Source: Podarcis gaigeae
Lineage: Eukaryota
Length of the DNA: 64,000 nucleotides
NCBI GenBank assembly: GCA_964106915.2
Contig: OZ066915.1
Strand: one strand, 5' to 3'
The notes beneath the pieces are model-generated. The model searched no databases and was not told where the DNA came from. It saw nothing but the letters and a program-made list of their open reading frames with translations. Positions 37,381 through 64,000 of the stretch are shown here, one piece after another. The first letter of the stretch is position 1, and each line of letters opens with the position of its first letter. Both the position numbers and the translations under genes were made by a program.

Positions 37381-39589
37381 TGTGCAATAGTTAATGGGTC
37401 AAGCTTGCTCCACAATCGGCTTGTGTAGATCCCAGAACCCAGCAGCCCGATTCTGCAAACCACTGTTTTCAAAGTCCACTGTTAGCCCTGCTTTCTGGAA
37501 CCTCTTGACAACCTTTGTGGGTTTTCCAGAATATACGCAGCTATCTCCAACAGAAGAGAAATGCACGGAACTGAAGTTCTACACTGAAGTTCAGTTCAAA
37601 TTGTGCAGACAGCGAAACTTCAAAATTTACAGTCTTTTAAAGGAAACTATGCATTGTTGTATAACGCTAACTTGCTGCGTTTTGTTGCATCTTGAGTTTT
37701 GAATAAGCAAGAATATTACCCAAATTATGTGGTGAAAATGGTGGAAACTATGAAATGTATGCATTTCCTCTTTTCGAAAACATCAATGCATTTCCACCAA
37801 TTTCCCACTTCAAGTGCTGCCATCTCACAGAATGAAACTGGTCTCATATCCCAAACTTAACAGCAAAGGGTTGTATCCCATCAGGTAGACACCTTGTTAG
37901 CCACTCTGATTAACTTCAGTGTGTCTCCTCCATTATGACTGGCACTGGATATAACCCTACGTACCCTAGAAAGGCATCTCCCAATCTTGGAAACTTTTCT
38001 TTCTTCAATCAGCCAGTTGATTCCAGACGTAACTGGCTCAGGACAGAATGGCCATTCCCAATGATATCCGTCCTCCTGCCCCTTTAGAACTGGCCACCAA
38101 CCAAAAAGCAACCGCATCAGAGCAGCCTGATGGGAAGAGGTTTATCTTCCCTCTCTTCCTGAAGAAATATGCCAAGTTTCTGACTCTGTAAAAATAAACT
38201 TCAATAATCTACTTTCCTTGGGTACCTCAGCAGGCACTGGATGGTAAACAGTGCAACTGCAAGGAGCAGTAATGAGACATCCCACAGCTCTGCTTTGTTG
38301 TTATTCTGGGTTTTGTAAGGAACCCCCTGTTTACAGACACTGTGACAATGAATGCAAGCATGTCCCATTTGCCTTTGATATAACAAAGCATGAGAACACT
38401 ACACAATGAGATCAGGATGAGCAAATTACTGGGCTAGAAACTGGCTTTTCATCTCAAGAGTGAAGGCAGCTAAAACCAACAACTCAAAGACCCATAGCTG
38501 GCATGGAGGCCTTATTTCATAAACTAGCCCTGTTCATATGGGATGCATGTATTCCTCATAGCAACGATTTGAAAGTTTGCCTTCTGCAGCTTGAAATGAG
38601 AGACATCCTGCTAGTGTCAGAATCTAAAGTGACTTATTGGGCAGGGGACCAATGCCGTCACACAACTCCCCCTGCCTCCGGGCCCAACCCTCGGCTCATA
38701 CCTAGCCCTGGATCAGCCACTCTGCTAGAAGTGTACATTTTACGCTGTCATTTGAATACTGCCAAAGAAATTTGTGCATATTTGCATATATATTTTTAAT
38801 TTTGCTGTAGAAAAACATTTGAAACAATCTACAAAGCAGACCCTATTTTTGGAGGTCCTAGCTCGCCTGGCATCCCAGCTGAGCAGAGCGAGAAAACAGC
38901 CCCACAAACAAGGTCTCCTGCCTTCCCTTCAATCAGCATGCAGCAACTTGTTTTCCTTTGCTAGGGCTGCTATCGCTTCCCATCATGTGACAGAATTACA
39001 TATTTGCTTACAGAAATATTTTTCAGCAGAAGCAGCCAGCAAGCACAACACCTGTCAGGATTCTGTGCGTATGACAGGTAATAGCTGTTCAGTATATGCG
39101 TCTTTGTACACCATTTCTTGGAACGAGAGGGAATTAAAAGCTTCCTGACCTTTAGAATGTTTTCTACACTGAGAATCCTCAACTTGCCCAATGGCTCTGT
39201 CCTTTGGCAGGCTGGGCAAGGTTCTTCTGCACACACAGGATTGGGCAACAATATCCAAGTACTGCTTTCTGGTAATGACCTAGCAGGTGAGAGAAGAACT
39301 ACAGAAATAAGGTGCTTCTGAGTTCCCATCCCTCTGAGTTGTTCCAGAGCACAGTGTTCAATGATGATACTAAATGTCTCAGAGATCAAGAATCCACAGG
39401 GTTACAGGGTTTCTCTCCCGATAAAAGTGATCAGTCAGGGTGACCAAACCTGTTTTTGTAGTAAAGCAGCCTGAAAACAATTCTGAAATTGGTCTAGGAG
39501 CAATTATATCAATTTCTCTATCCTGCCATTTTAAAATGAAAGTAGGGCCTCAACAGAAGCAACAGCCATGCTGCCTGAAAAATCCCCCT

Positions 39590-40160
39590 GATCATTCAGA
39601 AATACATCAGATTTGATCTCTCTCTTGGGTCAATGGGGTGATAATCACCACCAGATCCTTCCCCAATCACTCAGTAGCAAAGATGATATTTAGGGCATGA
39701 CCACCAGTATGTGTTGAGTGCACAATTTATTGAGACAGCCCTATGGTACCCAGGAAATTCTGAGCAGGCCTGGGCACAACAGGCCCTGCATGGGTCTTGA
39801 AGTCCCTCAGCACTAACATCCTGAAATTCTCCACCAGGTCAGGCAGGTGGGTGGACAGGACACCAACTACATCCCTGTCCTGTATCTGTCACCCAACAGA
39901 GGTAAAAAACCCTCACATCCAGCTCCCAGATGGGTTGGCCCTTCTGATGAAATTTAATGCAGCAACCACTACATCCCTTCCCTGTTGCTCCAATCTTGCC
40001 TGATGCTGCACCAAATACCAAGATAGGCAACACAAGCTAAGGTCAGGGCCCTCCAATTCACCTACCCATATCTCAGTTATGTGCACAAGGTCAGTCATCT
40101 CACCCATGATCAGATTATAGGTGAGTTGTTTTGCCTGGCATTAAGCAACAGCGCGGGACA
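39590..40160 (-). mobile_element. Decayed L2/CR1-group LINE endonuclease fragment
   Basis: Minus-strand DLVHITEIWVGELEGPDLS...YLVQHQARLEQQGRDVVV resembles the APE motif ITETW...RGGGVA; stops and frameshifts. Confidence 0.6.
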
Positions 40161-41598
40161 GGTAAGCATGGATACCCAGTTCTCTGTTGTGGAGGTGGCT
40201 GACCATGGATGACAGACTTATAACAGAAAAGGACCAACAGGTGCAGTAGTTCCACTTAACTCAACGCTCAAGTGATGACAAGTACGGTATTGCTTTAGAA
40301 AGCACTCTTCATTTACGGGATTTTAAGGGATTGTTGCGGGATTGTTGCAATGGAGCCACCAAACTACCCAAGTAGCTTGGGGCACTTTTCAGAACATCAA
40401 ATGCCTTTAGACTTGCTATCCAAATTCAGACCTAGCAACTGCAATAGCATCCTCACAATCTTGCCATTTTACTGCAGACTAGGGGGTTGCATGTGTTAGT
40501 TTTTCCTCTGCAGGTCGAGTCCCAGCGCCTTAAAACTACTATATGAGCCCTTGCAACACTGGCTGAATACAACAATTCCACTGGACATGGGGGTATGTGC
40601 TTGCTCCCTCTTTACATAAAGAGTAAATTCCTAGCATACGCAACCATAAAGATATGCTTGAAAGGTGAAATCTCAGAAGCCAGAGTAAGGTCTCTAGAAC
40701 CTTGCTGAGTAAGGTATCTAGAAGCCAGGGGAAGACTCAAGCCTTGCAGAGCTTCTTGACGCTGCCCAGGATGAATAAAAGAATTATGCAGAGTATGCGG
40801 TCATACTAAGTTGCCTAACTTGCCTGATTTATGTGGGTTACGGAGGTCAGGTGACGCAGAACGCAGCTCAGCTTACAGGGGACTGACCATCTGGGAGCAC
40901 TATTACACCAGGGTTCCTATCCTGCACACCATTCAAAGACTTGGCCATGACGTACAAAGCCCTTTAAATAACTTGGTCCTTACATAACTTGCAAGTCACA
41001 CTCTTCCTTAAGAGGAAGCACTTGCTTTTTTTTTTTTTTTAAATCATCCAATCTACTTCAGCAGACATTAGGCATCTACTCTACCACTTACAGAATTCCT
41101 TCCCTGTAAAGCTTTGGAAGATAGTTTGGTAGTTTGAAATGCCTTTCAATATGAATTTAGTTTGAGAAGAGTGGAGAGAGAAACTTCCATTTTGTATTGT
41201 TGTATTACAGGCTCTGCCGGGAGCCTATAAGAGAAGATACAAATTTGGGTTGCTGCTGAATTTTACCCTTTCGGTCAATAATGTAGACTTTCCTCAGTCT
41301 CAAAAGGTACAAGCAAGCCGCCAGGGCTCTGAAAGATCAAGCTACTGTGCCTTTAACAGCCTTCAAGAGGATGGTGGAAGGGTCTGCTACTGCATACGGA
41401 GGCATGGTTTCTCATATCTAATTCTGTTGGAAGTGACATTCTGTTCCACACCTGTTCTTAGAACCATGTTGGAAGTAGATCTAGGAAAGGAAATTTGCCA
41501 ACACTCATGGGAGGTCTCCTGGCCTTCTAAACTACTCGCCTACCTCCTCTAGCATCCAGGAAAATTCACTTAAAATGTACAGATGAGTAATACTAACA

Positions 41599-41716
41599 CA
41601 GTGCTACTTTTCCAGAAGAGGTACCAAACTTACTATGAACGCCTTCCTTGGTTCTCTTATAATGGCAATGGTGCCTACCCGAGAGATGCCAGAACAGTTC
41701 CAGCTGAAAAGCCCTA
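41599..41716. mobile_element. Short hAT-like MITE remnant
   Basis: cagtgctacttttccag...ctgaaaagcccta inverted ends. Confidence 0.4.
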
Positions 41717-43037
41717 GCACTATACCCTAGTGAAAATGTCACAAATCTTGTGAACACCCAAATCCCTCTGCTGGAGGCACTGTGGGGAATGTGGCACTTA
41801 TATCCATCCTTTGTGCCTTTGCTCAGCTGTGAAATCTATCTGGATTCAGGTACTATAGAAGATGGGTGTGATAATTCATGGCTCAGATTTAGGTTTGCTT
41901 TTCATGTTCTGATCAAATCAATAATCTTCCAAAAGAGCTAGTTATCTTTATGTTGGTAGCCATAACACTGAGTGTACCTCAGAACTGAAAAGATTGGGGG
42001 CAGGGCTTGAAAATGTGGTGTAAGTCAATTTTTTACTGCAGTTTTTGAAACATTCACACATCATTTAAAAGTGCAATGAGGCAAACCTGGTCTTCAAGAC
42101 TTCGCAGCTGTATGGTAGCCATTTTTAGCTCCCATGTCTGGTATGCCCCTTTAAGCTCAGGTACCAAGCCACGAAGTTTTTGCTTGGAACTATATGTAAA
42201 TATTTCCTCTTCTTTTTTCCCCTCTTCAAAAATAAATATGATCTCTTACTATACTGTCTCCTTCTGCCATAATTTACATTTTATTACCAGATAGAATTCC
42301 CAATTTTCCAGGGACACAGCCTGCTCTACCACCTTATTCAGTAGTACATACAGACCGAGCTCATCTCCTGAGTTATAGCAATTAAATGGAAGTGGAGAGA
42401 GTAAGGTCCCCCTCATTTGACCCTGTACATTTCCTGGAATGTTGCATCTAGAGTCGTCCCCCCCCCACAAGTACAGTTTTGCACACAGCTGAATGCAGAT
42501 AAAATAATTCAATTTTTGATGTAATCAATGTTCAAATGTACAGATTAGTTTTTTTATTATCTATGAACAGTTTGTATCATTCTATATTCCGTACTTAGTA
42601 GGTAATTTCCCACTACTGCCATTTTTCTTTAAGGTTTTGCTACCACATAGCATAAATCCACCCTCCAGATACTTGCTATTGGACTTTCATAAGCTGAAGT
42701 CAAAATAGCCAAAGATGAAAGTGATAGTATACCTCTGGAGAGTACCATGTTCGCTTCCCATGGAACATACCTAAAGCAATACTTTGCACAAATGAAGTTA
42801 CTTTGTTCAAATGTGCATTTCTGCAAAACAGATTTGAATTCCATAGTAAGAACATGCAAAAGGCTGGATATAAGTTTCCCCCTGGAGGGGGGAATATTTA
42901 TCATGCAAGCTAGTTTCAGCAACAGAAAAATAAATAAATCCATTTTCATCCTTCCTGGCCTATATGAGAAAAGAGTTCTCCTTAAACCAGAGTTCAAACA
43001 AAACAGCCAGATACACAATATAGTATTAAAATCAACT

Positions 43038-43043
43038 TTTATT
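43038..43043 (-). terminator. Probable P4HB polyadenylation signal
   Basis: Minus-strand ggccaAATAAAagttg followed by GT/T-rich ttgtgtatctgg. Confidence 0.65.
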
Positions 43044-43988
43044 TGGCCAATGAGTTCCATTCCTTTTAGCATCATAGACGCTCCAAACTAATTCCAATTC
43101 TCTCAACATACATTCTTGTCCTCCCATCGCTCCTTGGCTCTCAAGTACCCCCACAAAAAAAACCTAGTTATTGAGTGTCCTTTTTGTTTCATTCTGGTAG
43201 GCCCCTTCCCAAACAGCTCTGTAAATGCCTGGGAGACCCATTCACAAAGCAAATGCGTAAAGAGCAAGTCGTATTGTTTGTTCAGGGGGCAAAGTGGCAA
43301 CACCAGTTAAGGTTTTGCCTCAGGAGTAATTGGGTCCTTTCCCCCTCAAGGACAGTCTTCTATGCCATCCTAATCTTTGGAAGAGAGAGATACATATACT
43401 GTTCAGCATAAAAGGGAAGCAAGACCATGCAATGAGTTAAGAGGACCTGCTCATTTCCCTTTCCACTGCCACCAACGTGGTCAGCCCAGTAGGTTCCTCC
43501 ACACCGGAGTAGCCCAAAAGAAATAGTAATTGAAAAACAGCCGAGACAGTATCCAAGACCCTGCTGGGCCAACAGCAGCTTATGACATTTGGACAAGTGT
43601 GAGTAAGTTTTAAGGCGGCATTACTGGTGAGGCTCCAAAGTGAGTTAGGCAATGGGACATGTTGCCATTTCAATCTGCTTCTACCCAGATCACAGAACAC
43701 TCTAGGAAAAGAAAATGTACATCACAGTGTGTAAAGGAGGGGGGAAAGAGAAGACCCAGCAGGGCTGGCTACCTAGGCAGATCCCTCTTCCAAACTGAAA
43801 ATAATAATAATAAAAATTAAGTAGAGGAATCAGTTGACAGACAAGTTAGGATGAAGGGTTACTTTAGACCATTCCCTGTACTCTCAGACAGCATCTGCCT
43901 TCTGGTTCAAGTTGGTTCTGGACTTGCTTAACTGCATGAAGTGGCAGCCACAGTGTAGTGTCTGGGGATATGCAGATTGGACTTGTCT

Positions 43989-62106
<18,118 letters not shown>

Positions 62107-62951
62107 GGCGGCGCTGACAATGACGGCAGGATCCCAGGCGAACAGACCGGACCACGAAGAGGCGCCGCAAAAGAGAACACTCCGCGCCCGCCTCCCGCTT
62201 TATAAACCCGCCCTCTCCCTGCTGCGTCTATCGCCCATTGGCTGCTTCCGCCCTCCTACGCTTCAGCTCTCATTGAACTGGCGTGGAGCCTAAGGCCGCC
62301 CTCCGGTCCTGGATTGGTCAGCTTTAAAGGTCGCGTCGCCTTTCCTTCCCCACTTCCGAACAGCCGCGAGAGTTTCCTTTGCTCCGCGGGCTTTGATTGG
62401 CCGTACCGACCTCTCCGGTGACTGGGATTGGATAACGCGGCCGCTCTTAGAAACTCGGACCAGCCGTTTCTGATTGGTTGACCTCAACGAAATTCCCTCC
62501 CCTCCCCGCCTACTTTCGCCTCACTTCTTTGGAACGTGGCATTCGAGAAATACGCCCGCCTCGCTCTGCGCATGCGTGTTTGAGTGTGGCAGGGAGACTT
62601 CGTTCGTGTTTGATTCTGACTGGCCGCATTTAATGAGCGACCCGGAATTGAAAGCTAGCAAGGAACCAAGTGTTTCCGGGACTGTACGAAAGAGGGGGAG
62701 GCTTTTGCATAAGAATTGCTTAGAAGTGGGCGGGGGAGCGGGGAACTCAAGCGAGCCAGTTTATTACGATGGGAAGTTCTGAAGTGTGTACATCTGCATT
62801 GCTTTTGTATATGCTTTACTGTTGGGATGTTTTTTCTAATGAGAATAAACGCATACTATATTTTTGTATTACCATTTTTATTATATATTTTTACGTATAA
62901 CCTTAGCATGTTTACTCAGAAGTACTGTAGAACTCTCTTGAGGCTTAGGCT

Positions 62952-63034
62952 GCAGTCCTAACCCCCTTTTACATGGGATCAAGCCCCACTGAATTCAGTA
63001 GGACTTGCTTTTGAGTAGACGTGGTTAGGGCTGC
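62952..63034. repeat. ~80-bp palindromic interspersed element
   Basis: GCAGTCCTAACC...GGTTAGGGCTGC; relatives at 57662, 60078 and 63593-63965. Confidence 0.6.
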
Positions 63035-64000
63035 GGTGCTAGACTGAAAAGGAATAGCTTTATTCTCTGCCTTCCTCTCCTGCTTTTTGACTTCATCTTT
63101 TTACTGCTGCAAGGAATAGTGTAGCTATATTACCTGGACAACTTTTTCCCCCCAGCAATGAGGAGGAGTTTGCTCAAATAGAATTTGTTGATAAATAAAA
63201 TACAAACATTTTGTAGTTATTTATATGGGAAATACATACCAGTGTCTGGATCATTTGCACTCCCATGTTGTCTGTGTTTCCCCTTCTGTTCCCTGCTTTA
63301 TAATATAATATGGTCATTATAATAATGTAATGCATTTTATATGTCAGTGTTTGAAAGGGCAGGGCAGTAAAGTGGCAGAACCAAGCCCAATAGTTTCTGA
63401 AAAACTATTTCAAAATATTCCATCCTTTATACATTAGCATTTCCACCACTATTCCAAAGACCTGTGCCACAATCGACCATAAGTGGAGCTCTGGGAGAGT
63501 GGTCTGCTGCAGGCTGTGTCATATTGTTTATGCCTAACAGCATAAGAGTTGAGACAGCCAAATTTGCCATTATGTTTAGATTGAGAGTCAAGTTTCAGAC
63601 CTTTACTAACTTAACTGGAAGAAAGTCCCATTGAAATCTATGTGGCTTATGTCTGAGCTGACATGCATTGTAAACTAAGACTGCAATCTTAACCTCACTC
63701 ACCCAGGAGTTAGCCCCATTGAATTCAGTAAGGCTTCTGAGTAGGCACTGCGAATAAAATCATTGGGAGACAGCCAACATTAGTTATGCTCAGAGTAGAT
63801 CCACTGAAATCAATGGACTTAAGTAACCTGATTTAGTGGGTCTGTTCTGAGTATGATATAATTGGATTTTACACAATGGCAGTGCAGTCCTATCTGTGTT
63901 TCTACATAAGTAATCTGGCTATATTCAATGGGATTTATTTCCAAGAAATAATTGCATTTAGAATTTCAAATTGCTTTTCTATTTTCACTTTGCTCTGCTT

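Noticed and set aside
42060-42512. Long minus-strand frame containing GTLLSPLPFN and SKQKLRGLVPELKG
   Set aside because: Interrupted by TAG TAA, splice phases inconsistent, and only faint resemblance to an RT motif; cannot call a gene or a LINE.

Overview
Eukaryotic (vertebrate) genomic DNA. The repeat content (Sauria SINE, CR1 tails, RTE, small hAT and Tc1/pogo MITEs) points to a squamate reptile, probably a lacertid lizard (inference). The window holds the conserved block GCGR(+, last 8 coding exons, 5' part outside the window) - MCRIP1/FAM195B(-, complete, 97 aa) - PPP1R27(-, complete, 150 aa) - P4HB(-, complete, 11 exons, 516 aa, two WCGHC sites, KDEL), the same order as human 17q25.3. 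All exons were assembled by hand with GT-AG boundaries and consistent phases. MCRIP1 and P4HB have CpG-island promoters. I found no convincing new gene or multi-gene system. The best leads are regulatory or isoform-level and remain hypotheses: a possible KDEL-less PDI isoform via intronic polyadenylation, an exact ERSE-26 and a duplicated GTGCCACGTGA motif at P4HB, twin RFX X-boxes at MCRIP1, a pre-miRNA-sized hairpin in an intronic MITE, and a GCGR acceptor built on a microsatellite with a rare GAG.
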